A stretch of 38,823 nt of DNA. It comes from Octopus sinensis (taxonomy: Eukaryota). The position numbers were made by a program, and so were the translations under genes. Below, piece after piece: positions 1-12,404 of the stretch. Every line of letters begins with the position of its first letter. Position 1 is the stretch's first letter. The DNA lies in assembly GCF_006345805.1 (NCBI RefSeq), contig NW_021835744.1, positions 1-38,823 of the forward strand. Direction: 5' to 3'. The notes under the pieces were generated by a model. It was not told the origin of the DNA and did not search any database. It saw nothing but the letters and a program-made list of their open reading frames with translations.

Positions 1-272
1 GCAGATACACACATGCACACACCACACATATATCCGCGCACGCACTCACACGCAGAGGCAAATCTTGCACGAATCACTCATAATAAAGATAGTTTCGAGT
101 TCAGTCTCTCTGCCTGACACTTCTAGAGTCTTCGATCATAGGGGCGACCGAATCGTTGCGAGAGTATTTGATAGATGGAAGGTGAAATAAACTGTTGTTG
201 CACCTTCAGTTACTATCACTGACAACTGAAGTTTTCCTGTTTGACTTTATATTGCGTCTAGCCATCATAGTA

Positions 273-338
<66 letters not shown>

Positions 339-773
339 AATTAAATTCAAAATGGGAGAAGAACGCAAAACATCCGGACAACTAGGTGATACAAAAAGAG
401 ACAACAAAATATCCAGATAGACGATCGAAAAAAGAAACACGGACGGGTCATTCGAAGCCTTTTATCTTCAGTCAATAACCAGATCATGCTCGCAATTTCG
501 TCCGATTAATCTTGAGATTGCTCCAATCTGGCCAGCTACAAGTAAAAACTAAGCAAAGAGCATTAGATTCCTTGGAAAAAAGCATCGAATGTATACGAAA
601 CTAGGACAGAAAAACAGACGAAGTTACACGAATATCAATACAAAAATACAATACTAAAACCCCAAAAAAAATAATAATAACAAGCGTCTTTCGACTGGGG
701 TCGAGTTGAATTGAGGCGCTGCGTGTGTGGAAATGAAGCTTTACAAACAGAGGGAAGAATATCGATGTGGCAG
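1..773. repeat. Copy 1 of a local duplication (unique segment + (AT)n + interspersed repeat 'P'); copy 2 at 2323-3207
   Basis: Colinear, near-identical text in both places, e.g. gagttcagtctctctgcctgacacttctagagtcttcgatcataggggcgaccgaatcg and acggacgggtcattcg..gaagccttttatcttcagtcaataaccagatcatgctcgcaatttcg. Similarity ends after gatgtggcag. Confidence 0.9.
338..773. mobile_element. Interspersed repeat 'P' of unknown class (also 2777-3250, 20117-20344, and inverted fragment 7515-7595)
   Basis: Four dispersed copies in this window share acggacgggtc-ttcgaagcctttatcttcagtcaa..gatcat.ctcgcaatttcg. No coding capacity recognised. Confidence 0.75.
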
Positions 774-908
774 AACAGTTGAAAGGAAAATATGGTGTGT
801 GTGTTTGTTGGCAAAGGAAAGAAAACAACGTGACCATCCGAGAAACAAGAACATCTGCTTCAATACGCAGTTTCCTATTAGGAATCTTGCAACCACACAT
901 TAATAAAC

Positions 909-1760
<852 letters not shown>

Positions 1761-2322
1761 AGAAATGATTTTCAATTGTTTCTGAAATTTACTCCATCAC
1801 AATATCCTGATAGAGTTTTACTAACATCTCGTAGCTAATATCTTTTTAAGAGAACAACAATATATAACATTTAATATTAAAGAAATGCTCAAATATAATT
1901 TTGTTTGAAAATATTCTTATATAGAATTTTATCAAATGACTTCGAATCATATGGAAATGCAAATTTCTTTTCTTTTTATCCAAACCCTGGGTCCTCGGAA
2001 TCCTAAACTAGGCGCGTGCTCGAATTCTTAGTGTGCAGGTATCAGCATCATAGGGCGATGACTTCGATTCATATCCTGGGCAGTTTTTTATCCCGTTCCA
2101 AGTTAGTTCATTTGAGGTTGCTCACTTTAACCAGCGGAAAGGAAGACCAGCTGCTGTATCAGTCTTTCTCTTCAGCTCTTACATTCTTGTTATTCCAGTG
2201 TGTCAAAGCCGAAAGAACTTAGACAGTCTCCAGCATCTAATCAACACTAATTAATCACCTAAATTAGGGAAGCATGGGCAATACTCACTTTTGAGTTACA
2301 GCTTTGACTTTGTGTGCACACG

Positions 2323-2630
2323 CAGATACACACATGCACACACACACACATATATCCGCGCACGCACTCACACACGCACACCCACATCGAGGCAAATCTT
2401 GCACGTATCACTCCTAATCAAGATAGTTTCGAGTTCAGTCTCTCTGCCTGACACTTCTAGAGTCTTCGATCATAGGGGCGACCGAATCGTTGCGAGAGTA
2501 TTTGATAGATGGAAGGTGAAAGAAAACTGTTGTTGCACCTTCAGTTACTATCACTGACAACTGAAGTTTTCCTGTTTGACTTTATATTGCGTCTAGCCAT
2601 CATAGTACATGTATATAGATTATATATATA

Positions 2631-2693
<63 letters not shown>

Positions 2694-2714
2694 TATAATA
2701 TATTATATTATTAT

Positions 2715-2783
<69 letters not shown>

Positions 2784-3207
2784 TACAAAAATGGGAGAAA
2801 GAACGCAAACATCCGGACAGCTAGGTGATACAAAAAGGGACAACAAAACATCCAGATAGACGATACAAAAAAGAAACACGGACGGGTCATTCGGAAGCCT
2901 TTTATCTTCAGTCAATAACCAGATCATGCTCGCAATTTCGTCTGATTAATGTTGAGATTGCTCCAATCTGGCCAGCTCCAAGGAAAAACTAAGCAAAGAG
3001 CATTAGATTCCTTGGAAAAAAGCATCGAATGTATACGAATCAAGGACAGAAAAACAGACGAAGTTACACAAATATCAATACAAAAAATATATAAAAACAA
3101 AAATACACTAATAATAACAGGCGTCTTTCGACTGTGGACGAATTGAATTCAGCTTGCGTGTGTGGAAATGAAGCTTTACAACAGAGGGAAGGATATCGAT
3201 GTGGCAG
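2323..3207. repeat. Copy 2 of the local duplication
   Basis: Direct comparison with 1-773. Differences are scattered substitutions, small indels and microsatellite length. Confidence 0.9.
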
Positions 3208-3510
3208 TGACCGTGGTCAGACGCAAAAAGGGCTAGCAGTCGACTAACGGTCATGTGAGAAGAGAGAGAGAGAAAAAAAGGAACAAATGAATTAAAGAGG
3301 GGGAAAAGAGAGAGAGAGAGAGAGGGAGAAAGAGAGAGAGACTAGAAGTAGATAGACGGAAGAATCAAGGAGTGGCAAGAAAAAAAACCAGAGAGACACG
3401 GACATAGTGATATGCAAAATGAGTAATAAAAGCAAAGAAATATGAGAGAGAGTGTTGAAAAAGTCGTACAAAATTTAGTGAATGTGTATATACATACATA
3501 CATACATACA

Positions 3511-3543
<33 letters not shown>

Positions 3544-3806
3544 GTATATATATATAGAGAGAGGAGAGAAAGAAAGAGAGAAAGAGATAGTTATGAGAGG
3601 TAATGGTGTCAATAAGACCCAAAGGTGTCACGTAATGTTGAGTAAGTGCTATGGACAGACTACAGTTAAGCTCCCGGTTCGTAGATTGTGCGAATGAGGA
3701 GTCCACCGTAGGTCATATATCAGCATGTGTATATATATAAAAACATTTTCACAATGAAATAAAAATCGAAGGCTGTGACAGATTTCAGAACATTTATAAA
3801 GAGAAT

Positions 3807-3854
3807 GTCTTACAGCTGTTTCCGAGATATTTTATATATCCCTTCATCGGAGAC
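3807..3854 (-). ncRNA. Minimal type I hammerhead ribozyme-like motif, variant core CCGAUGA
   Basis: Minus strand reads GUCU-CCGAUGA-A-GGGAUAU(AUAAA)AUAUCUC-G-GAAAC-AGCU-GUA-AGAC. Stem I is GUCU/AGAC, stem II has 7 bp, loop 3 is palindromic (ACAGCUGU), and the cleavage triplet is GUA. Confidence 0.7.
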
Positions 3855-4272
3855 GGTGTGCGAAAATGGTTAAGAATAGTTATTCTTTATAAGATATGAA
3901 ATAGAGACTGAAGTGGAGGGATGGAAACTGACGTACGATATGCAGGGATATTGCATCTGTAGTTCTATTATTTATGCAGAATGGTATAGATATAACAGGA
4001 AGAATATATATATATATATATTCTTGTCCTGTTCTTTTACTTCATTTATTAGATGAAGACCACGCTACAGTATCACCTTAAAATATTTTAGTCGAACAAA
4101 TGGAACTCAATACTTCTTTTGCTTTAATCATGGCAAATGTTTTATGAGAGATTTTTGACGAAACCCTGTGTTACAAGAACATAAACACACCCTCAGTTAC
4201 TATCACAAACAACTGAAGTTTTCTTTTTGACTTTATATTGCGTCAAGCCATCCTAGCTTATATATATATATA

Positions 4273-5060
4273 TAAAACCACTATTAGGCAAATCAAACAA
4301 TGAAAAACTTAAGCCAATACATAAAATTAATTAATTTTTTAAAAATATATATCAAAAAAGTTTCATGGCTATCCAATTCGTAATAATTCGAGTTATGGTT
4401 ACAGTCAATCTTCAGGTAATTGAAATATCTAAAATATAATCAGAAATATTTAAACAATATTTTTAAGATATAAATAATATAAAAATGTTACTTATATTAA
4501 ACTCTATTTTCATTGGTAATTTATATATTTTAGTCATTTTTAAATATTTATGTAATTAGATATAGAATAATACCGATATTAGATTATTGGTGGGTTTCCT
4601 ACCTTATAAATTAAAATTAATATTTAACATTATAGTCGATTTTGATATAATCATAATTGTTAAGTTCTATGTTTCTAGTTTGATAATAGAGTTTCTTATA
4701 AGTAAAATTATATATTATTATATCTTAAAATATTGTTTAAATATGTCTGATTATATTTTAGATATTTCATTTACCTGAAGATTGACTGTAACCATAACTC
4801 GAATTATACGAATTGGACAGCCATAAAACGATCGTAGTGTTTACTCATATCTTTATTAAACTTTTAATACTTTTGATATATTTAAAAAAAATAATATAAA
4901 TTAATTAATTTTATGTATGGCTTAGTTTTCCATTGTTTGATTTGCCTAATAGTGGTTTTATCTCTAATTTAATATAATATTATATTTTACTATAAAATTG
5001 GATTTAATCCTAAATCTGATTTTTCCTGTAAGTTTGGATTTTCCCTAATATTTCATTATA
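4273..5060 (+). mobile_element. Non-autonomous PLE-like element with inverted duplication (arms about 4273-4512 and 4681-4960)
   Basis: The left arm is the reverse complement of the right arm (aaaaccactattaggcaaatcaaacaatg / cattgtttgatttgcctaatagtggtttt). The element carries an HHR-like motif and shares its 3' tail with 7801-8135. Confidence 0.7.
4771..4840 (+). ncRNA. Degenerate minimal hammerhead motif (loop 3 GAUC)
   Basis: UAC-CUGAAGA-UUGACUGU...ACAGCCAU-AAAAC-GAUC-GUA-GUG. The inverted left-arm copy keeps GAAAC at the position that reads AAAAC here. Confidence 0.55.
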
Positions 5061-5091
<31 letters not shown>

Positions 5092-5100
5092 CATACATAC

Positions 5101-5147
<47 letters not shown>

Positions 5148-5358
5148 CATTATATATACATGCATACATATATATACATACATATACATAGACATATACA
5201 TATATATATATAAATATATATATATATTATATATATATATTATATTATTATATATATATATATAATAAATATATATATATATTCACTAATAAAAAGGGTC
5301 AGCAAAGAATTGCTTCACCACACACCGAAGTCAGTAATAGCAGCCAAAATTATCTTAG

Positions 5359-5407
<49 letters not shown>

Positions 5408-5408
5408 C

Positions 5409-5625
5409 GGACCATGGACGAAGTTACAGTTATCTTGCGGATAATAATAACCGAAACTGATTAGTACATGGGTAAATATTTTTTATTCGTTATTTCGTTT
5501 TTCTTGTTTATTGCTTTGATTTTGTGCTGAGTTTTATTTGAGAACATAATCTTTGTGGAGAATGGCGATTTGACGTCTATATCTAGCATGTTGACTGTCC
5601 ACTTTTCGTGTTCAGTCTTAAATTG
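5409..5625 (+). repeat. Direct repeat copy 1 (pLTR/retrozyme-like, about 215 bp) with damaged HHR
   Basis: Near-identical to 5911-6130. The CU of CUGACGA is deleted in this copy. Confidence 0.9.
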
Positions 5626-5910
5626 GTATATATAAATATTTTAATCTTTGGATTCTTTTTAATATGCTAGACCACTGGTTTTAATTGATAAATATCAATT
5701 TCTACCCTTAATTAATTTTATATAAGATAAATATGTTCTCTAACCGGTAAATTGACTGCTGCTAATTATTAGCTGCAGGCTGGTTTTCGGATCTCAGCGC
5801 GCCAAAGTAAAGGCATTTGAAAGATACATTCGAATATAATCGGTTGAACTCCATGCATGCGACACTCCGGTATTGTTATTGCATCTAGTCCAGCAAATTG
5901 TATTCAATAT

Positions 5911-6130
5911 GGACAATGCTGACGAAGTTACAGTTATCCTTGCGGATAATAATAACCGAAACTGATTAGTACATGGGTAATTATTTTATTTCGTATATTT
6001 TCGTTTTTCTTGTTTATTGCTTTGATTTTGTGCTGAGTTTTATTTGAACATAATCTTTGTGGAGAATGGCGATTTGACGTCTATATCTAGCATGTTGACT
6101 GTCCACTTTTCGTCTTCAGTCCTTAATTAG
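5911..6130 (+). repeat. Direct repeat copy 2 (pLTR/retrozyme-like)
   Basis: Near-identical to 5409-5625. Confidence 0.9.
5914..5976 (+). ncRNA. Minimal type I hammerhead ribozyme motif with canonical core
   Basis: CAAUG-CUGACGA-A-GUUA-CA-GUUAUCC(UUGC)GGAUAAU-AA-UAAC-C-GAAAC-UGAUUA-GUA-CAUGG. Predicted cleavage after 5971. Confidence 0.7.
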
Positions 6131-7695
6131 TATTATATATATATATATATATATATCTATATATATATATATTATATATATACTACATATACATACAGAT
6201 ATGCATGCACATATGCGCGCGTGCATGGATAGAGAGAGAGAAAAAAAATAGTGAGAGACAGAGATAGATAGTTAGACACGTATACATGCATATATACGTG
6301 TGTATTATGTATGTAAGTATATATATATATATATATATATACACCATATATATATTTATATACACTCTTCTCGTTCAGATGTTTCCTTCTGATTATTCCA
6401 CCGGATAAGTGACGTAAGGGCTGCGAGAGTTTCCAACATCTACTCGTAACTGGTATCTCACCTAAATTAGGGAAACATGGGATCGTCTAACGAATTGCAC
6501 TTACGCACACACGCACACGCGCGCATACACACACACACACGCGCGCGCGCACCAAACACACACGCACATTTACGTACACACTCACTCACATGATCCTGTT
6601 CTAAATCTGCATAGAGACACTTAAAAACGAATTTGTACATCCGTGTGTAAAGAATTTCTGTGTTATGGAATTGTGTTTCAGTAGTGAGATCACTTAATAA
6701 GTGGGCATGGCCGTTCTTCCTCTTAGAAGGAGACAACAAACAAAGCTATTGTGTCGTTTCCTTTTTCCGGATAAGATGTTGAAACTATCATAGCTAATCC
6801 GAAACTGTCAGATGCGGTTATTCTTTTGGACGTAGAAGTCTTAGCAATGCCTATTGGAAACGTAATAGTTTTCTACTTTGGAATATTATGATCACACCAA
6901 TCAAACAGATTTTACACTGGTATGTAAACATATTTTTTAAAAAATTCTTATTTTTTTCCGTCTAATTACTGTATCCACATATGCTGATTAAATGTGTTAG
7001 TGGTAATTAATGTCTATCCTAATTATTTGATAATGTATTTTTGATGTTTCATGTTTTCTCTATGCAGCTCAGCTCTCTTCTTCCTGCCCTTCCCCTCTCT
7101 CTCTCTCTCTCTCATTTTCTCCTCTCGATATCTCTCTTCTTACAATAGTCAATATATATAGATACACAAACACGCACACACGCACACATCTTATATTGTA
7201 TATATAGACATATTTATGTAATAAATGACTAAAACACACATACATATATTCTAACCTCGTGGTCTGGTTCAATTCTGTGTGTGACACCATACGCAACTGA
7301 TTTCGTCAATAGATTCAAATCGATCAATGTTACTGAAATCCTCTTGTATACATGCGTGTGTATGTACGTGTGTTTATGCAGTATATTATGTATGTATGTG
7401 TGTCTGTGTGTGTATGTATATATGTGGTTGTCTGTATGTGTGTGCACGGTGTGTTGGCATATATGTTTGCAATATATATATGTATATATTTATATATATC
7501 AACCTAATATAAAAACAACCGAAATCTGCGAGGGATCAGTTTCTGACTGAAGAATGAAGGCTTTGAATGACCCGTTTGTCTTTTTGTTTCGTCCTTCGTG
7601 TATTTCACGTTATTTATTTATTGTAAAGGTTTATTATATATAAATATATGTAAGTATGTATGTACATATATATATGTGTGTATATATACAAATTA

Positions 7696-7737
<42 letters not shown>

Positions 7738-7800
7738 TATATATATATATATATATATAGATATATATATATATATATATATACATATATTATATTAAAT

Positions 7801-8135
7801 AGAGATAAAAAACCACTATTTAGGCAAATCAAACAGTGAAAAACATAAGCCAATACATAAAATGATTAAAAATATAAAAGTTAAAATTTAAAAAAAATTT
7901 AAAATTATAAAATTATTAAAATTTTTTAAATTTAAATTTTTTGAATTTTAACTTTTTATTTTAAATTTATTTTATGTATTGGCTTATGTTTTTCACTCTT
8001 TGATTTGCCTAATAGTGGTTTTATCTCTAATATAATATAATATAATATAATATAATATAATATATTTATACTGTAAAATTGGATTTAATCCTAAATCTAA
8101 TATTTCCCTGTAAGTTTGGATTTATTCCCTAATAT
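7801..8135 (+). mobile_element. Second copy of the 4273-5060 family, as a near spacer-less foldback (7801-8028) plus shared tail
   Basis: agagataaaaaaccactatttaggcaaatc...gatttgcctaatagtggttttatctct, followed by the same tail (aaaattggatttaatcctaaatct...taagtttggattt..ccctaatatt) as 4990-5060. Confidence 0.75.
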
Positions 8136-8599
8136 TAATATATTAATTTATATATATATATATATATATTTATATATACATATACAGACATAGAGAGAGT
8201 GTGTCTGAGAGAGAGGGAGAGAGATAGATAGATATATATGCATACAAATATACATGTATATATCTGTTTATGTATGTGTGTTTATCTTTGGACATTTCTC
8301 TAAGACCGTTACTGATTTACCGCCCAACTAAAATGCGTCTTTTGTGTGCTCATGTCCCATATCCTAGCGTTGAGTTAATAGAAACTTACTACAATACATA
8401 CATGACTGAAAAGAATATTTTAAATGAACCCCCAAAGTTCAGAGTTTGGCATAAATATCTATAAACCTGTTAAGCCGGACCATTAACATGGCTGCAGTTT
8501 AGTGAAAATGTACATACATATGTATGAGTAGGTGTAACATAACATAATGTGTTATAATATAATATAATATAATACAATACGATATATATATATATATAT

Positions 8600-8693
8600 A
8601 GGCGCAGGAGTGGTTCCGGGTTCAGTCCCACTGCGTGGCATATTGGGCAAGTGTCTTCTGCTATAGCCTCGGGCCGACCAATGCCTTGTGAGT
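8600..8693 (+). mobile_element. Truncated, internally deleted tRNA-derived SINE (family A, CORE-like)
   Basis: Matches the head of 8849-9313 with a deletion between two tgg motifs. Confidence 0.8.
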
Positions 8694-8719
8694 TTTAAAA
8701 AATGCTCACACATACAACA

Positions 8720-9011
8720 TCCACATTCAACAACAATGAAAAGGCTGGAGTTGGATAAACTTCATCTGCAGACCGACATAAAAACCTCCATTGAAAACGA
8801 AGGAGCTGCAGAGGAACAGTGGTTAATAAAAAAAAAAGAAATCAAACAAGCGCAGGAGTGGCTGTGTGGTAAGTAGCCTGCTTACCAGCCACATGGTTCC
8901 GGGTTCAGTCCTGCTACGTGGCACCTTGGGCAAGTGTCTTCTACTATAGCATCGGGCCGACCAAAGCCTTGTGAGTGGATTTGGTAAACGGAAACTGAAA
9001 GAAGCCCGTCG

Positions 9012-9052
<41 letters not shown>

Positions 9053-10182
9053 GTGTATATGTTTGTGTGTCTGTGTTTGTCCCCCAACATCGCTTGACAA
9101 CCGATGCTGGTGTGTTTACGTCCCCGTAACATAGCGGTTCGACAAAATAGACCGATAGAATAAGTACTAGGCTTACAAAGAAGCCTAGTACGTACAAATT
9201 TGTAAGCCTGGGGTCTTACAAATCCTGGGGTCGATTTGCTCGACTAAAGGCGGTGCTCCAGCATGGGCGCAGTCAAATGACTGAAATAAGTAAAAGAGTA
9301 AAAGAGTAAAGAGAGAACCCATAAATGTTCTATTCATATGCAAATAAGAATAGAACAGCTGTCTCACCCATTGATCCATTCATTTATCGATGATAACGGC
9401 ATTCTCCAACACGATGCTAAAAAAATGGCAGAAATACCGCAGAAACAACACTGACTCTCTTAGGGATCCCCCTGATATTGACGTAAGGATGTAAACGAAG
9501 TCGATTCCCAACGTAAAATCTCGGACATAACCTTCACTGCTTCAGACATCATAGAAGCAATAAATGACGTCAAAAACTGATGGATTCCGCGTTAGTCTCC
9601 TGAAGGAATGTAGACACTAACATGCAGTCCCTCTGACCAACTGCTGGAGAAATTCTTTAGATTCAGGTTATATATCGAATCAGCTTCGATTCCAGTCTGT
9701 TATCCCGGTTTTCTAACAGGGAAACAGATCCCCCGCAGTCAACTATCGCCCAATCTCACTCACCTCCCATATCATTAAATTGTTTGAAAGGGTGGTAAGA
9801 TCAAGGATAGCTGACTACCTGGGCGAGTCACAAACACCTAAATTCAAACCAGCATGGATTTCGCTGCGGCAGGGTCTGTCTAACACAGCTCTTACACCAC
9901 ATCGATGATATACTTAAAGCCTTGGGAACAAGTTCCAACTCTGATGTCATACATCTTGACTTCAGTAAAGCGTTCGACAGATTTGACCATGATATCCTAC
10001 TGTTAAAATTGAGAATTGTTGGAATCCGTGGAGAACTTCTACAGTGGTTTGAGTATTTCCTGGTGAACAGAATACAACATGTTGTGGTCAATGTAATCCA
10101 CTCAAGACCCAAAAAGTCACCAGTGGTGTCCGTCAGGGCACTGTCTTGGCCCCGCTCCTCTCTATAATCTATATAAACGACC
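8720..10182 (+). mobile_element. CR1-like LINE ORF2 remnant (pre-RT and RT), interrupted by a SINE at 8849-9313
   Basis: Translates to NP*MFYSYANK, NYRPISLTSHIIKLFERVV, NQHGFRCGRVCLTQLL, LDFSKAFDRFDHDILLLKL, SGVRQGTVLAPLL..IYIND. Stops and frameshifts are present. Confidence 0.85.
8849..9313 (+). mobile_element. Full-length tRNA-derived SINE (family A) with internal microsatellite and (AAAGAGT)n-like tail
   Basis: Head gcgcaggagtggctgtgtggtaag...ggttccgggttcagtcc and CORE-like ccttgggcaagtgtctt. Repeated at 30263-30764 and 31510-31867. Confidence 0.85.
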
Positions 10183-10315
10183 AGCAAAAGTCGTTTATAT
10201 AGACCGGTTATCTTTTGTCACATATCTGTGACCTCCTCAGCGACACTTTTCGTCCTCGTAAGTGCTCTTGCTGTGCCTATTCTATTGCGCATATATATAT
10301 TTATATATATATATT

Positions 10316-10388
<73 letters not shown>

Positions 10389-10420
10389 TATATATATATA
10401 TATATCCATATATGCATACT

Positions 10421-10475
<55 letters not shown>

Positions 10476-11069
10476 CATATATACGCATATATATGTATGT
10501 ATGTATGCATGTATGTATGCATGTACGTATGTATGATTAATTCATGTTTCAGGACGTAGGGAATTATTTGCTGAGGTATTTGACATTATTTGCGGTATTT
10601 TTTGATTTCCACGCGATCTTTACCAGTGATTTCTTTCGGGATACTGTTCAATGAAGCAGCTTTAAGGGAGGTAACTAACACGTGTCACAATGCTATTCTG
10701 TGATGTTAGCTTAAATTTCGTTGCGTGTGAATGACATGGGGAACAAGATTTAGTTATTATGCGAAAATAGTCATGATGGTGTTGTAGAGAATAAATTCTG
10801 TCGTTAAAGGAATCGAGGCCTGTCGGTTCATGTTGTTTTCATTTTATCTATTTGTCTTCTGGTGTGTTGCAATTCTCATAGATTTTTACTTTGTGTAAGG
10901 AGAACGCAGACACTAGAATGTGATATGTACAAAATGTAAAGATTGAAGGAAGATATCAGGATTGCTGATTGGAATGCAAGAAAGAGTCATGTGCACATCT
11001 TCTGGGCCACATAAGCTTCATCGTTGATGCGTGCACTTTATATTAGGTTATCAACATTTACACTTACTA

Positions 11070-11916
11070 AGGCGGTGAGCTGGTAGAAACGTTAGCACGC
11101 CGGGTGAAATGTTTAGCGGTATTTCGTCTGCCGTTACGTTCTGTAGTGATCCGACAACGGTGCGCGCGCGCGCGCCTTCCATTTGTATTTCGCGCGTGTT
11201 GGTACCTTTACCAAGGCACAGAAAGGAAGGGCCCTCTCGCGCATGCGCGAACCACCGGTAGCACGACCCTATTGCCTACGTAGCAGTTAGCGAGGCAAGG
11301 GGGTCGTAAGACGTTGACTACCAGCGTCCAGCAAGCCAATGACTTGGGACCCAGCGATTGACGGCGACGGTCACGCATATATTCTCTCCGTCAGGATTAG
11401 ATTCTAGCAGTCCTTTGGCCGAAGACTTTTAACCAAAATTGTTGCAGACCAACATCGTCTCCATTGTTCGACGCCATCTTGGACCCTTTCTGTTTTCATC
11501 GGCTGGACATTGTAAATATTACAATCTATGAACTTTCAGCCTTGCGCGCCCAGAATCAAGGACATCAGATAACACACTTATTGTTATTGTCAACAAGAAA
11601 GAGAATAAAGTAGTTATATATATTTCACGTCTGCGTCTTGTTGTTTCTGACTTGTAGAATTCTGGATTATTAAAGTAACGGCTAGTGAGAGATTGCTTTG
11701 TGCACCCCAAAAGTCCACGAGGATATTCACCTCACACGTTAAGTTCGTTTCAGTTCTGAGTTCAAATTCCGCCGAGGTCGAATTTGCCTTTCATCCTTTC
11801 GGGGTCGATTAAATAAGTACCAGTTACACACTGGGTCGATATAATCGACTTAATCCGTTTGTTTGTCCTTGTTTGTCCTCTCTGTGTTTAGCCCCTTGTG
11901 GGTAGTAAGGAAATAG
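11070..11916 (+). mobile_element. tRNA-derived SINE (family B) split by a 611-bp insertion
   Basis: 11070-11141 and 11753-11916 rejoin into the same sequence as the uninterrupted copy at 29172-29402. Confidence 0.85.
11142..11752 (+). mobile_element. Probable solo LTR (Ty3/Gypsy-like)
   Basis: Begins TG and ends CA, and is flanked by a 4-bp duplication GTTC (11138-11141, 11753-11756) defined against the intact SINE. It has AATAAA near 11604 and no ORF. Confidence 0.65.
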
Positions 11917-12234
11917 GTATTTCGTCTGCCGCTACGTTCTGAGTTCAAATTCCGCCGACGTCGACTCTGCCCTTCATCCTTTCGGGGTCGATAAATTAAG
12001 TACCAGTTACGCACTATGGTCGATGTAATCGACTCAACTCCTTTGACTGTCCTTGTTTGTCCCCGCTATGTTAATAAGCCCCGCCTGCGTAATAAATATT
12101 TCGTCTGTCTTTATGTCCTGACTTGAAATTCTGCCGAGTCGATAAATTTAGTACCAGTTGCGTACTGGACTCGATCTAATCGACAGGCTCCCTCCCCCAA
12201 AATTTCGGGCATTCTCCCTAGAGTAGAAAAGAAT
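11917..12234 (+). mobile_element. Two further head-less family B SINE units in tandem
   Basis: Units begin at gtatttcgtctg (11917) and tatttcgtctg (12097) and repeat the ...gtcgataaatt.agtaccagtt core. Confidence 0.8.
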
Positions 12235-12404
12235 ATATAATAAATATCCTTTTTTCAGCACAAAAAAACCCCCACCTAAAAACAACTAACCGATAATTGT
12301 CCTTATTTACATATTCAACAGAACGGAAAACTCAGTAAAACGCAAATAATATATACTAAATTACTTAGTTTATCAGAGGGGAAAAAATATACATAATCTT
12401 TCTA

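Noticed and set aside
1990-2230. Minus-strand frame with five successive TGA stops (possible TGA=Trp, NUMT or alternative code)
   Set aside because: The read-through peptide resembles no mitochondrial or other protein I recognise, and a TAG follows. Consistent with chance.
6812-6919. 108-nt open frame between AG and GTATGT
   Set aside because: Weak acceptor and unrecognisable peptide.
10200-10250. Minus-strand CUGAGGA-G-GUCAC(AGAUAU)GUGAC, hammerhead-like half
   Set aside because: GAAA is missing its G, and stems I and III do not pair.
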